Source: Tubulanus polymorphus (taxonomy: Eukaryota; Animalia; Nemertea). From it: DNA of 64,000 bases. The stretch lies in NCBI RefSeq assembly GCF_964204645.1, contig NC_134032.1, forward strand, positions 2,414,416-2,478,415, read 5' to 3'. Positions 48,786 through 63,036 of the stretch are shown here, piece by piece; position 1 is the stretch's first letter, and the number at the start of each line of letters is the position of its first letter. The position numbers and the translations under genes were made by a program. The notes below the pieces were generated by a model. That model had not been told where the DNA came from, ran no database searches, and saw only the letters and a program-made list of their open reading frames with translations.

Positions 48786-49524
48786 TATTTTCAACCACAT
48801 CCTCGATCCCCACATCCTCATAATCCGCATCCTCGAACTCGTATGTATCCCCTCTTTATCCTGCCAGGCTTTCCGTGGTTGTCCAAGCGAAATGATAATA
48901 TTTCAATAAAGACAGTTTGTGGTATATTGTGATATACGTATCTTTATTATATTATTCAAAATTCAAAGAAATTGTCTAAGGGGGTCCAAATCTAAACCAA
49001 TACCCCTCCCTCTCGGAGTCTACCCGAGCCCATCGCGCCCTCAAATCGAAAGGCCGTTTCTCCCGCAGGCCTATATCGTCGTCGACCCGCCGGGTAGCTC
49101 GATTTCAAATGTATACATTCCGCCGCCACCTCCGGCTTATCGACTTCTTCGTAACCTGAAAAGAAATAAAGCCAACTGTGACAAAATCTACCATTCGCTG
49201 TAAAAAGGGATTCACTGATTCGGACGACTGTAAGACTCTTATGATGCGAGTATTGCGCATCTGTTTACTTTTCTGCCTATCTTATTCGCTTTGAGGAATT
49301 TCTAGGTAAAGTCGAGTCATATTTAATTTAGGCTAAGCGTGGCCTATATGATAATTCTGGACGAAACTCATGTATTTCTTGAGTCATCTGCTCAACGAGG
49401 CGTATCTTTCTTTTTCCGCCGTCGTAAGTTTCGGCTTCTGCCTTGATAAAAACACTATATAGAGAGAATCCTACAATGAAAACGAAAGACAATGTCAAAA
49501 AATATTTCCTACAGCCATAGTTTA

Positions 49525-49564
49525 TTCGACGTTTCGACTATATTCTACTAGTCGTCTTGAGGAA
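49525..49564 (-). ncRNA. Second degenerate minimal hammerhead motif (Penelope-like end)
   Basis: UUC-CUCAAGA-C-GACUA/UAGUC-GAAAC-GUC-GAA. The core CUGAAGA is mutated to CUCAAGA. Confidence 0.45.
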
Positions 49565-50529
49565 TGACCAGGAATTTCTCGTTTGCAAAGGTTCCGGGAT
49601 ATCACATCTTAAAACATATTCTTTCCTCCGGTCGTTCGTTTTCAACATATGATCGAATTCTAGTGTCTACTGATATCTGATATTGATATACAACTATACC
49701 GCCGCATTTTGAAACAATTAAAAAGAAAATATCCATAGCATTTCCCTGTAATATATAGGAGATAAACCTAGTACGGCTTCAGTACGGTGCAGTTATTGGG
49801 TTCCTTCCTATTGTACAGTTGCAAGGTTTCTTAGTCACAATTTTTAATGGTTTTTCTGTAAGACAATCCATAGCAATTCCCAGCAAATATAGCAAACTAG
49901 GTAGTAATGATAACCTTTCATAGTGATGCAAGGGCTAGTAAAGCCCCTCATCAATGTATACTATACTGTAGTGCATGAATTTGATTACTTGACTGGGCCT
50001 ATGTGCAGTTGCAAGATTGCATATGTAGACTCCTTAAAAGATTAAATGAACATGACAAATTGCGCTTCCAAACCATTTGCGAACATTTCTCATTACTTCA
50101 TCGTTGAATTTATTTCTTCCGGTTACAACGATATCGCATCATCATCCTCTGACTCTGATTCCGACGATATCTCCGGCGAAATCTGATTTTTCTGCATTAT
50201 CGGATTCATCTGATTCCTCATCTGAACTTCGATTTCGTTATGATCACCTTCAGAGAGTATTCGATTTACATCGGCGGCCGAAAAAACGCGTCGTGTTGCT
50301 GACATTGTAACTATCTGAATGACTGAGCACAGACCCACTGATGCTACTACGCGGCCGGTCAACAAAAACACACGTGTTAAAATGATACAAATGCATTGGG
50401 AGATTGCGTTACTTGGTTCTGGATCGCGTTGATATATTCCCAGTAACATGTGTTGGAAACAAATTTCAAAAAAACTCTTTAGTGACGAAATGTAATCCTT
50501 TTATTTGTGTGGGTCCAAAAGTGACTTAT

Positions 50530-50714
50530 ATCCTGGTCACGGCACCATGTGGGCTTTTAAGGGCCCAAACCCGGAGCTTTAATCGACTTGATCGCCTTGA
50601 ATTCCATATCATAACTGACTCTTTATTGTTTTCATCGTACACAAGCAAACTTGTTACGAAGGGTCGACTAGGGTCGCCTCACTGGGGTCGCCCAAGGGTC
50701 GTCTGTCTCTTACA
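50530..50714 (-). mobile_element. Short LTR (50548-50714) with tRNA-His PBS; remnant copy 2
   Basis: Diverged direct copy of 48555-48802, including sequence outside the LTR. Confidence 0.65.
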
Positions 50715-50731
50715 TATTTTCGACCTCATCC

Positions 50732-53700
50732 TGTAGTATATGCATGCCGAACTTAGACACAACCAACGTTAGGTTGTAAGATCCTCGGTTGATGGTGATT
50801 TCCAATGTGGGGTAACTAGTCAGAGGTATACAGCCAGGAACGGTAAGAGTCGAATATACGCGTGTTGTATAGATTTACTGGTCGATGATATAAAGTAAAA
50901 TGACAATTTAACATAATCGGGGGTTAGTTTATATAGATATATGGTTAGTTACAAGAAACATGATATGACATATATAATCTGATTTAGTCGTGGTTAATAA
51001 GTTGATCTCCCGTGTTTGTAAACAACAAGGGGGTTTCCAAGAGATTAACCACGTCTAGACAAGAAAAGTTCGATATTAATAATTAATTACGTAAATAGGT
51101 CGATAGTAATCCTATCTGCGTAACAGTGGCCTCCCCCTTTAAAAGCCAAGTGTTTGCCCTCGAACAATTGAAAAATGCTTATAATGTATGAAAACTGAAT
51201 GAACGGTTTAAAGAAATGACACGATGATAATAGTTGCATGATAAAGATGTAATAATACGGTGAGAAAGCAATAACACAATGATAGAAGGTGAATGTACAT
51301 AAAAATGATTAAACGTGAATTGATATAATGTCCAACGACTAGAGGTAACAATGTCATGAGTTTCATACAGTACACAAAAAAATACTGAGTAGCGCGCTCG
51401 CGCACGAAAGAGTTCGTTAACTTGATTCGCGTAAGTTGGGTAAGGCCATTTTTATATCCGTTTCCACATGTCTCAGTGAGAGACAATTTTCCTATCAACT
51501 ATGCCAGAATATAATTTGAGCTTGCTCGCATGAGCCGCTGAGGGCAATGTCCGACCGTCCATCGTTTTTAACTTGTATGTAATGGGATCTAGCTTTCCCG
51601 CCGGAACAGCCTGATAAATAGTAAAGGGGCCTGTCCACGGATGTTTCAATTTCTTTGTAAGCCGTTTCTTACTTACAGTTGGCTTATATAATAAAACCTT
51701 GTCTCCGACTTTAAACGGTCTGCAGACCGTAGCGTTTTTCTGTCGTAATTTCTTTTTATTTCTATTTGCGAATCTTGTTGATTACCGATTGCAGTTTGAT
51801 GGCTTAAAGCTAATGTCTGCTGGAGTCCGTTATAATATTCAATATGGGTTGTAGACCGTTGAGTTTCTGGTGGCAACAATAGATTATCCACTGGTAGCCT
51901 CGGCTCTCTTCCATATAGAAGAGAGAGAAAGACGATAACTTTGTCGCTTCGCTTGGTGCAACTCGATAAGCAAACAGGGCCGCTGGAATATAGACATCCC
52001 AATCATTTTGCCTTACATTAGCAGTGAGACGCGTTGCAAGGGTGGAATTGAATTTTTCCACTAGGCCATCGCATTGCGGTCTGTAACTGCTGATATGTGT
52101 CTGAGATTTTTTCAAATTCTCACAGAGCACTTCCACGATTTCTGTCAGAAAATTGGCACCTCTGTCTGAATGCAGTACGCGAGGGCAACCATGGCGGCAT
52201 ACTATGTGGTCGAATAGTAAATCAGCCGTGGTTTCTGCGGTTATATTTGGTACGGCGAAAGCTTCGGGCCAACGAGTCGGTATCTGCTAATATCCTGACA
52301 TTAGATCGCAACACGTAAAGTATTGTGCCGATGCCTCCCCTAGTGTATCGAGGGTGTCATCTATCCTAGGTAAGGGATACGAGTCTTTAATTGTCGCTTC
52401 ATTTAATTTCCTATAATCAACACAGAATCTATACGAGCCATCGGACTTTGGTACTAATACTGTAGGTGAGGCCCTTGCGCTAGAACTAGGGCGGATGATT
52501 TTTGAATTTAGCATGTCCGTTACAAGTTTGCATTCTATTTTCCTCATAGGAGGTGCCCTACGGTATGGTTGTTGTTTTATTGGCTTTTGGGTTCCTACGT
52601 CGATTTTATGTTCCTCTTTAAAAGTTCAGCCTAATTCGTCGTTAGTTTTTGCAAATGTGTCCGAAAATTAATCGATGAGTGTTTTGAGTTATTCCTTTTG
52701 AGAATGATTTAGGTCGGTTTCGTCTAATGAAATATGATTAGATTGTTTGAACTCCCCAGCTGCTTGTTCGGTAGCGGCATCTGTCTTGTCAAACGAGGAA
52801 GATACTTCGGGGGTAATCGGTATCAGATGAGCTAGGGTTAAATATTTCGGCAACGTTTGGGGTTCCTTATTCATGTTCTTTATTGGTACAGGGATTTTCC
52901 CCTGTTCTAGGGTGACTAAAGCCCGTCCAGGTAGAAGACCGATGACCTGAGAAGGAAATGCCTTGTTGGGTTCAGCGAGGACCGTGGTACCGTTCTTTAC
53001 CATTCACGTGTGCATAATCTTCTGTGATAATGCGGGTAAACTTATGTTGTTGATGTTATGTACTGATTTTGCCCCATTGATAGCTATATTTTTCTGAAGC
53101 TTGATTGGCTTGCTACCATTTAGACATAGGGTTTCCTCATTGTAATTTACGATAGCACCATTAGTGGTAAAAAAATCGAGACCCAACATGAGTCGATATT
53201 CTTGTGGTCGTGCCACATAGACCGGTTGTATTATGTCAACTTCGCCAAGACTAATGGGTACCTGGGCTAAGCCAAGTATTTCTATTTTACTACAATTAGC
53301 TCTGTTAGCGTGATTGTATTTGCAGGGTTGTAATTCAATAGTATTTCCGATATCTGATTAAATAATTCCTTGCATATCACAGAAATGGCGGCACCACTAT
53401 CGATCAATGTAGTGACGGGTGTGAGTCCATCAACTTTGGAATTGACCAGGTTGCCAATTGATGACAATATAATCGGATTTGGTGTTTCGTCACGATTTTT
53501 TGTTATTTACCCTAGTGTATCTACTAGACTTTTTATCTGGTCGTTATAGAACTTCTTTTTATTTTCAATCAATTGTTTTGGTTGGTTTCAGCGACCGACT
53601 ATATTTTTGTTACTGTGGGATCGGTTTCTGCACGATGTGGGATCTATTCTATATTTTCTACTACTTCGTTTGGAACCGTTTGGCCCTATAGGATGGGTTT

Positions 53701-55040
53701 CTGCTCCAGTAGTTTTGATTATACTGGATCCGCCTAAACCATCGACTTGGTCCAAACTTTTCGAAGCTTTGGTAGCCTCAATGGAATGATTTTCTATAAT
53801 CTCGCCAAAAGTTCCAAAAGGGATAGTTTTGATTATATCACCGTTGTTTGGAGAACTTGGAGAGTTTGTTGTGGATTTTATTTTGTAGCTGGCGTGAGTT
53901 TCAGGTCCTTTTGAAATTGCTGAGTTGTTGATGATTTGTTTTAGCTCAGAGTGGGACCTGTCAGCCTGAGCTATCGGCCGTTTCCCGAATTTGTGCTTTG
54001 GTTTCTTGGTGTACGTTTGAGGTGCTGCTGCTTTAGTGGAGGTGTCTGTTCGATAGCCAATTTCACGACATTTACTACAATACGGTTTCGCGAGACATTC
54101 GTTTTCATAATGTCCCATTCGACGGCAGTTTTGGCAATGGGTCGACTTTTTCTGCGTGAATGTATTTAAGTTAGTAGCAGCATCACACATAATTGGTGTC
54201 ATTTGATTTAGCTTTTCTAGCATAGGTTCTAAACGTGTGAGGTGTCTTTGAGGGATGCTATTGATATGGGAGTCGAAGTGATATGTGTGTCTACGGTGTT
54301 CACGATTTGTCTGACATTCCTTGTTTCGAGCCATTGCGAGAGTCTGTTCAAAGTTAAGTGGATTCTGCGGCATTAAAAACTCCTTTAGAATAGCCTCAAG
54401 CCCACTGACGAATACGCTTAGTTTTACTTCTTCCGGTACATTGCAACGCCTGGCCTCTTTGTTTATGGTTTTGATGAATGTTTCGAGTGACTCTCCGGGC
54501 TGTTGTTTAATGTCAATGAATTCGGTGAGGCCGAAATTTGCATTTTGTCGGGTAAAAGATTGTGTGAGATATGTCCTAATAGCCTCATACGTCGGTAGAG
54601 CTGTACGGTCAGTTTTCTTTTTGTGTATGTAAACTGATCTGGCTTTGCCAGTCAAATTCGTTGTCAGAAATTTCTTTTTATACGAAGCAGGCACCTCGAA
54701 GGTTTCAATGACCTCTTCGAAATGATCAAAAAATTCTTCAACTGAGATCTCGTCCTCCCCGTTCAATTTCGGCAGTTGTGTCAAGATCGTTCGAACTTGG
54801 GTTTCGTGTAGAATCTCAGGTTTCAATAGTGATGTGTTCATTTGTTGATGAAATGGTTGTAATAACCGTGGCGGTTGTATTACTTCGGTATTTAGTACAT
54901 GTACGAAAGGGGGAGTGTATTGTTGTTAGCTTATCCGAAGCATTTAAAATGAATATTTATAACGCGCAAAATATACCCGGAAATAAAACCGATGGAATTG
55001 AACCGATCCAACTCGGACCACCGTTCAGTCATGAGACCAG
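50732..55040 (-). mobile_element. Decayed Ty3/Gypsy LTR retrotransposon (3' LTR 50732-51125, internal RT/RNase H deletion, 5' LTR not found)
   Basis: gag ORF 53588-54841 with CQNCRRMGHYENEC. Protease LIDSGA. RT RFCVDYRKLN..YPLPRIDD fused to integrase HSDRGANF and YRPQCDGLVE. PPT AAAGGGGGAGG beside the TG..CA LTR. Confidence 0.9.
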
Positions 55041-55338
55041 GTGATTGCAAGCTTCACGGATCTAGACATACTTACTTAACTTTCTGCATCATCTTGTCAA
55101 TGGTGTGCCTCAGGTCGCGTTCCGGTAATTTATTCCGCACCGCTTTCTTCTTATCAACACGTGTCTTCTTGGGCTGCTTACCCAAGGGTACTGGCACGGG
55201 CTTACGTGAGGGAATCGACACGGGCATAATTCGTCCCATAGCTGGAACCATCGAAGCGATTCGTGTGAATGAAAAGCGAATCGCTAAGTTGGTCCTTAGC
55301 TCTCTCCGAAAATATGCCCGTGCATATTTGGCAAATCC

Positions 55339-55812
55339 TTACACACCCTGACGATTCAGATGCAATCTATCTTTCGCAAACAGTTCGGCTTTTACGTTCG
55401 ATTTGGCTAGGAAGAATCGATACCCTCGCATGAATCGTATCTCGGCTCCGTGCGATTTCACCTTTTTCGCGACGTGTTGATTGACACTGACGATTTTGTC
55501 ACCGGTTTTCTTTTCGTCGATTGGTCCGGGTAGAATTGCAGATATCACAACGCAGCGGCAACCTTTTCCCGAAAACCTTGTGGCAATAGCCATGATATTG
55601 TTTGCTTTGTCTAAAGCCGCAAGATTGCCGTTTATATCGTTGGTCCCAACATTGAGAAGAATGTAATCATACTGGCAACATAATCCAAGCTAGTCAAAGT
55701 TATTTGACATTTTCTCGTAAGTAATACCCCCGTGTGCTTGGACATCGACGTCCAAGCAGCTGCCGAGAAATTTCAACATCGAGTCACACATCGAGCTACA
55801 CGAAGCAGACAT
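55339..55812 (-). pseudogene. Intronless SGNH/GDSL hydrolase pseudogene
   Basis: ATG at 55812, blocks CDSML, HGG, VGTND and DRLHLN. In-frame TAG near 55690. TATATAAA ~37 bp upstream. Confidence 0.7.
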
Positions 55813-57866
55813 GTTTATGAAGTTTGGCCTGGTGGTAGCTTGCCGAGGTTTATATACACCCGAAACGCGGATAACTAATGTATGCGTACAATCTGTGCAT
55901 TGTTCTCAAGTAGTCATCTTCTCGAGGCTAATTATGCTAATTAACAATATCATTGACTGGTAACGCGCAGATGTCACTAATGCTAGTGGCGCCATGGGAC
56001 TAGTAATTGTACTATTTCAAAAATCATCCAATGCAATCCAAACGGCCCTTTAACTACAACACCTTCATTGTTTAATATTAGTTCCATTTTGTTTTCACTA
56101 ACAAAACGCCTTTTTCTTGTTTGTGATTCTATTCTGCAATCGCTTATTGAACACCTTTCAAGAATGATGAATTCGATGATTTGAATTTTGAATTTTAATA
56201 TTTTTGAAATTGTAATTGTAATTTTTATTTTATCACTGTGTTCCGATTGAAAATGATTTTAAATCGGGAGCCCAACCGGGAACCGGGGGCCAGCTTCATG
56301 GGGGTGGATCGGGTACCAATTTGTTTCAAAATCAGCATATGACGTACACTATTGCACCTTAAAGGGTGTGAGGTAAGCACACCAATTGATCTTTACAATT
56401 TTCATCTCAATGTGGCCCGCATACTCTTCTTTTGCATTGCGAATCATTTACACCAGGCCGCTCCTTGCACACGGGAGTCATCGTACGGTCTTCTCGTATT
56501 TATTTTAACCGGATTTGGATATTTTTTTTTCTACGTCTGTTATGAGTTCAGCTTTGCATTTGTGAACAGTAAATTGCATCCACATTTCCATTTTATTGCA
56601 TGTATATTTTCTCCAGATATTTCTACTTGGTGATTCTTGATAACTAAATATTTCCTACTGTATGGTCGAATTCTTTAGTTTATCAGCGTGTAAATTATAT
56701 GACCGCATCGAAACTTTCATCCCTGACTATCCCTTAAGAAAGTAGACCATTACAGAACGTGTGTCGAGTTGATAAAGTTGACATTAGAAATAGATTCAAT
56801 GTTTGTGACGATTTTATAATGTGTATGTAGTCGCATGTTTCAGATGCAGTTTTTCGATGTCCAAATTTTTCAAAGTCGCAATTATTTGGGAGAAAATAGA
56901 GTACCATCTTGAGGAACAAATTATCTATTCATCTGAACTCTTCTATCGGACGCAACCGCATATAGTATCTTATTCTGCCTGTCAAATCTTTCCTAAAATT
57001 GGATAAGATGATTTGTAAGAGGATGGATCCTCAGATAATGGTCTTATGCTGTTAATACTAGGGTCAAGTTCTAACTCCTCACTATCTTAGAATTCCTTGA
57101 CGTAACGTTCCTTCTCTCATCGATCATTTGAGATGAGGCCATCCACTAAATTCAGTTTTGACCTATTGGCGTTTTTGAGACGTGGAAATGCATTTCGTTA
57201 ATAATCCCATTTCTAAGTTAGGCCAGTGCCAGATTTCATGCTTTCGGATTTTTGTACCCCACTTTAACAGCATTTTTAATTGTAATCAACACCCTCGCCC
57301 TGCTGTTGTCTCTCCGTATCGCTGTGTTTGCAGTGTTACTTTTTGTCTCTGACAAATTTCGAGCAATAGAAAATGAAACAATTCTTCCCCAGTTCATCGT
57401 TCGGCTTACTATGGTGGCATTTCGCAAACTGAAAAGAATCCCTATTTTCGTCGCGTATTCCTCTCACCGCTCCGGATAACGTCTCGTAATAGGTGATTCT
57501 CCATACGTTATCGTTACGTCGATAGTTAACCCAAATGAATATATCACTTCACAAGCCAATGCGGATGATATGCTTTTTAACTCGCAACTCGATCCGATGT
57601 CGCGTCCATTTAATACCAACATTTTTAGTGTATGCGTCGAACTTCGTGGACGCCTGCAAGAAAGAATGTATTTACGAAAGACGTATCGTCTTTAGAACTC
57701 GTGGTTGTTAGCTGATTCAAAGCGAAGTGACTATAACCGCCAGACGAGTATCAATATGTTTAAATAAGTTACAAGTTACAAGTTAGTTTATTCATCACAA
57801 TCGAGTGATATGATTGTCAATAAACAACGAACCAGTAGAAAAAGAAAACAATATATACATATATAC

Positions 57867-58440
57867 AATAATAATAATAAGTTCTTGTATAGCGCTTTTC
57901 CATCCGAGAGCTCAAAAGGCTTGGTTCTCCAAAACGTGCTTCTTGAAGAGCCATGTCTTAACTGATGATTTAAATGTGTCCAACGAGGCAGAGATTTTTT
58001 ATATCAAATGGTAGGGAATTCCAAAGTTTAGGTCCACACAAAGAAAAACTTCTATCTCCATAGGATGTTTTGGTTCGTTTAGTTCGAAGAGAAGCTGAGT
58101 CAGTTGACCTGGTTACACGAACAGCAGAATGACTTTCCAACAGGTCAGACAAATATGCTGGTGCTAAGCCGTTAATACATTTAAACGCATACACGGCCTG
58201 CTACAGGCAGCCAATGCAATTCGATCAGCAGCGGAGTAACATGGTCATATTTTCGCTTGCGGAGATTGATACGTGCAGCCGAGTTCTGTACGCGCTGAAG
58301 TGGTGCAATTGTTTTCTTGGGTAGTCCATACAGCAAACCGCTGTTGCAGTCAATGCAGGATGTCACAAATGCATGGACTAGACGTTCAAGACTCGCACGA
58401 TCAAGAAAACGACTTATGCGACTTATGCTGTAAAGCTTAT
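57867..58440 (-). mobile_element. L2-clade LINE 3' fragment
   Basis: LVHAFVTS..LQRVQNSAAR..HVTPLL.ELHWLPV, APAYLSDLL, GDRSFS..GPKLWNSLP. (TAT)n tail. Confidence 0.9.
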
Positions 58441-59744
58441 TATACAATAGCAGAATTACTAAAATATTTGCAAGAAAAAGTCAATGAGACAAGTACCATA
58501 CAGTACAAATGTAACTTCAGGCACGTTGGCTTTCTTTCTAATGTGCGAGTTTTGCAATATTTCTGCAGTTTTAGAAAGTATCCATTTTTTGCTTCATAAG
58601 AGCCAATATCCACGTTTTGCATTTTCGCTGGCGAGTTAACTGTCAAAATTTTTACATAGGCATGCATCACCATTTCAATGTCATTTGCCCTTTTATCTGC
58701 AAATGATCCTTCTTGCTCCCGCCTCCAAATGATTGGACCAATTCCTATATAGCTCAACTTCTCTCTCGTCGAGATATATAAATTTGTTTTCAATCCATCT
58801 ATAGTTCAAATTCCTTTTCCAAGAAAGAGTAATGCTAACAAATGCCGGCTATACATTTTTTAATTAAATTTATTTCCTATCCGTATATAGTATGGACTTT
58901 TCATATTTGCTTAAATAAACATCCATCCTCCAGATTTTTGTGAAAAAAATCAACATTTTGCTTCTTGTTCTTGGCCCCATTCTCAGATTTGTTGGCGTTC
59001 AACTCCATTGAGAGATACCGGTAATACTGGTACGGAAAACGGATACGGTACTGGCGGCTTTTGTTTCACTCGATGTCCCAAGTATATATTCTAACGATCT
59101 GTATGGGTAGAACGGTATATTTTCAAAAAGTTATTTCGACCTAGGCTGAAGGCGCATTTGTATAAATGGTTTTCTTTAACGATTTCGATATCCCCACTCC
59201 TCCATATACAGCGAAATTATACACGGGCATTAACCATCATCCCGATGTAGTGAAGGTCCTCATTACGCTCATCCTTGAGTTAAACGTTTGACTCCCCTTA
59301 CGAAAATATTACTCGTGAAATTTTTTTTTACATGTGTGAAAATTCATTTCTCATGATGTGAAATGGGCAGTAATGGGAAGTAATGGGCGTAAATGTGACA
59401 ATTCACATGTGAAAAATATAGAAAATTACACGTGTAAATGTAATAATCCAAAATATTTCATTATACAATCACGAAATCTCCGAATACCTTCAATCGAATA
59501 TCGCAATCCTAAACTCCTTTGCCACATCTTGTCGAAATCCTGCAATACTATTTTGCACAATAGAAATACCCTAGTATTTTGTTTTGGTTTCTTAAATGAC
59601 TTCCTCTGGTTAGGGATCCGTTAGTAGGAATAGAACACCATAAATAACTGCGTTTGCATCAAATTCATTCTAAATAAGGTTATATATTCATTCGTAAAAA
59701 TTGTAACAAAAGACAAGTACAAAGTATGACAAGAATATATGAGA

Positions 59745-60240
59745 TAATTTGATAATTTTTTTCCAAATTTTTCAGACCGGTCATACTTGATTTTCTGCGC
59801 CATTTTTGCTCGGATCTCGGCAGGTGTTATATCTGGAAATATTTCCATCACATGGCCTAGGAGGAAAAAGTTAATAAAAGAAGTAAATCCATGGGAGCTC
59901 ATTATTTCATGAAAACTGACAATTTCTCAGAGTGTAATGAAACTTACGAATAATGAGATTCACCCGCACTTGATGAAGCGCTTTTGCTTCATCCCACAGC
60001 CTGTTACTGTTTTCATCGCCATCTCCTCAGAAGCAGTAGAGCTGACATCAACGAAGACGTCAGTTTTCCGAAGGTTTTTGATGCCCTCTATTTAGTATAG
60101 GATGACGTAGTTGGATCTAGCAGTGGATATGCTACCTGAAAGAGATTTGCATCAGTCATCAATCTACTGTGTTGGAGACCTGCCGTATAATGACTGCGGT
60201 ACTAGAACATTGTCCATAGAACATTAATCGTGAAAACCTG
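59745..60240 (-). pseudogene. Spliced BEN-domain gene remnant
   Basis: LMSAL..EEMAMKTVTG..ALHQVRVNLII|HVMEIFPDITPAEIRAKMAQK across a GT-AG intron, with frameshifts. Confidence 0.55.
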
Positions 60241-62529
60241 AAAAAATAAAGTCAAAAATAGAAGTAACGACAAAGTAAAAAAGTACTTCTTACATCGAAA
60301 AATATTTGCGGTTGCGCCGGACCGGGCACGTTTTTTTATGGCTGGCAGTAAATATTCTACAATATGGCCATCAGTGAATATCGAGAAGGAGTATCATGTC
60401 ACTTTTGACTGCGTTTATTATTCTACAATGCACGCAAAAAGCCATATCTCTATCGTATTGTTTTGTCGTTAAAAGAACAACTTCTATGTTGTCCCTGTCC
60501 CATAAATTATGTGATTGTTCAATGGTTTCTTGCAATTTAGAGAATTAACTAAGTAAATATTTACAGCTATACGTGGTTGGGAGTCGCTGTCTTGGCAACT
60601 TGTGGATGTCGAACGAGAAGTCAGTCTCTGAGGGAGTCACAATATTGTGTCGTATTTTTACAGAAATATAAAATAATACACAGGGATATAAAAAGCACAT
60701 ATATCTACGCAGCTATTTGCCGTTAATGTCATTACTCCCTACAGACGCTTTTAAACGATCGTACATGTCCGAAATTTCGAGTGCCATCTGAAATAGTCGA
60801 TTGAGATTATACAGAACCATCTGTATACTCGGCATCGTCGACGCGTTGTCGACGACAATAGTTGCTATTAAATCGTTTTTGAAAAGCCATATATATTTCT
60901 TAGTAAACCTAATCCGTATTTTACGTTTTTTAACAAGATATTACTATCGCACCCGTGGTCGACATTTGAAACGAACCACGAGGTCGTTGGGGGCGCAAAG
61001 TTCCGCATCATGTCATCAAACACCTACCCACACGCGAACAAGTTGATGAAGTATGTATTAACCTCGACTAGAACGTCGCACGCGAACGCTAAACATTTCG
61101 AGATGATTTATACGGTGCTCATCGCAAGCAACCGCATCGGCGGCAGAAATTGATTTGTGTAAGTCGTTAGCTATAGCGGTTTTGACGCGGTCGTCGCAGT
61201 ATATGTTCCCGTAGGCGAACAAGTAGTTTATTACGTTGACCTGACACATATTCGTTTTACTATTCATTTATCTTAAATAAATTTGCAGATTTTTATTCGG
61301 CGCCCGAATAACGAGATCTTCGCTCGTTTTTTTTTTGTACACGACTCACGTAATCTTATTGCATACTTGGCAACCAGTTCTTTATCACCAGCGGGGTAGC
61401 GGAAAAATGCGTCGACCTACTCTTTTCGACCACTGAAATCTTTTTCAGTGGTCAAGATTTTATTTCTCCCGCTATATTGTACATCGGTATTGTTTCGCTT
61501 CAGGCAAAAATCTCGGCATCGAAAGGCCACTCGCGCGTACTTTCGGGTGCCGGTTCCTTCCTCACACGGATTCGTCATCGTCATCGTCCTCGTCACTGCT
61601 CGCAGTGATTAATATCCAAACCGCTACCGAAAAATCGTTGTCATTTTCGGTGAGTAGTGTCCGGGCGGATCACGCAAGTAGTCGTTTTCGGTACGCTGAT
61701 TCATCAAGTTTTTCGTATATGGAGGCGATGCCCCATGAATGCATTTCAATTGAATTTATGACTTCGTCGAATTTTGATTCCATAGAATTTAGCAGTGATT
61801 TGATTGCCTCAACCAGCTGTTGATTTATTTCATCGATTATGGAGGGAATATCCCGAATATCGTTTTCTAAAGTAAAATAATAACCCTCTGGAATTTCATG
61901 CACATTTAAAGAACCTCCGTCCATTGAAGGAACGGTCGGTATCACAGCTGTCTGCAATTGGACTTTGTTGCTGATGTGCGGTGGTTGTTTGAAAAGTGAT
62001 ATCGTTCCCTTAAGGCCGCGCTGGCGTTTGGTTTGCCTGCAAATGATCAACTTCTTTGGCTGAACGAGACACAACTTTACGAGATGGCATTTGAAATTCC
62101 GATCTCGTTTTAGGGATTGCGCCGGCAGTTTTTTTGTGACATTGTTACATTGTAGGTTTTGCGTCCATAGTAAAGAGTAGTCAACGGTGTGAAAGAAAGA
62201 TCGAAGAAGCTTGAATAGCACCAAAAATTGATAAAAACAACGTTTAACAGCACAGGGCTGAGTCAACTAAAAAAAACCCATAGATAAAGATAATTATACC
62301 AGAACACTGTTGAATCTCGCGGACGGGTTCTCCACCATTGTAAGACTTTGATACATACGAATATGTAACTATAATCCAATATTATCCAGGATCAAACACG
62401 AGAAACAGTGATCGGTATAAATATATACAAGCGTAGTTCATTCTACGAGTGTTAGTTAGTAAATTGACAAAGTTGTCGAGAATGTTAGTATCTTATACAT
62501 AACGGTTACTATTTACAATAACTACTCTA

Positions 62530-62950
62530 ACGACGTATAAAATAATATTCAGTAGACTGCATATAATGACGCTGAAACTTCTCAGCCATTGTACGCAACA
62601 TTTTTCTGATTTCGTCGCTTCGTTCTTGAGTTTGGTTCGGATTGGAATGATACGTGTGAAACATCATAACGTCCCGAAAAAAAACGAACAGAGTAAGTCC
62701 ACTAAGGACTCCAGTACATTTGTACCGTGGGCAGATGCACGACACCCATCTGGAATAATAATCCGAGGAATGTCCAGAATTCCGTTGCATCGATATCGCG
62801 CCAATGACGGATACATGAATTCGACTTCAAGTTTCCCGCGGCGATCTTTTCGCTCGCGTATCGATTTATCTCCGTCACGATATTTTCTCCGACTTCATTG
62901 GTAAGAAATAAGCTAAAATATGCTATTGGATTGCCGACGTGAAAAAACGT
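62530..62950 (-). mobile_element. piggyBac (PGBD-like) transposase fragment
   Basis: FSLFLT..IVTEINRYA..WRDID..EFWTFLGLLFQMG..LP..YWS. Confidence 0.8.
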
Positions 62951-63036
62951 CAAAAAAGATTTAAACGTCGATATTAATATAAACCCGTATATAGATATTC
63001 TTGCATTTATTCGGGCGGTAATATTGAAATACGTGG

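Noticed and set aside
50123-50310. Acidic ORF resembling a piggyBac transposase N-terminus
   Set aside because: Low-complexity similarity only, with no TTAA/TIR end or catalytic region nearby.
56350-57500. Vertnin/OTU-like assignment for a decayed reading frame
   Set aside because: Many stops and frameshifts and no clear catalytic motif; the resemblance is too weak to call.
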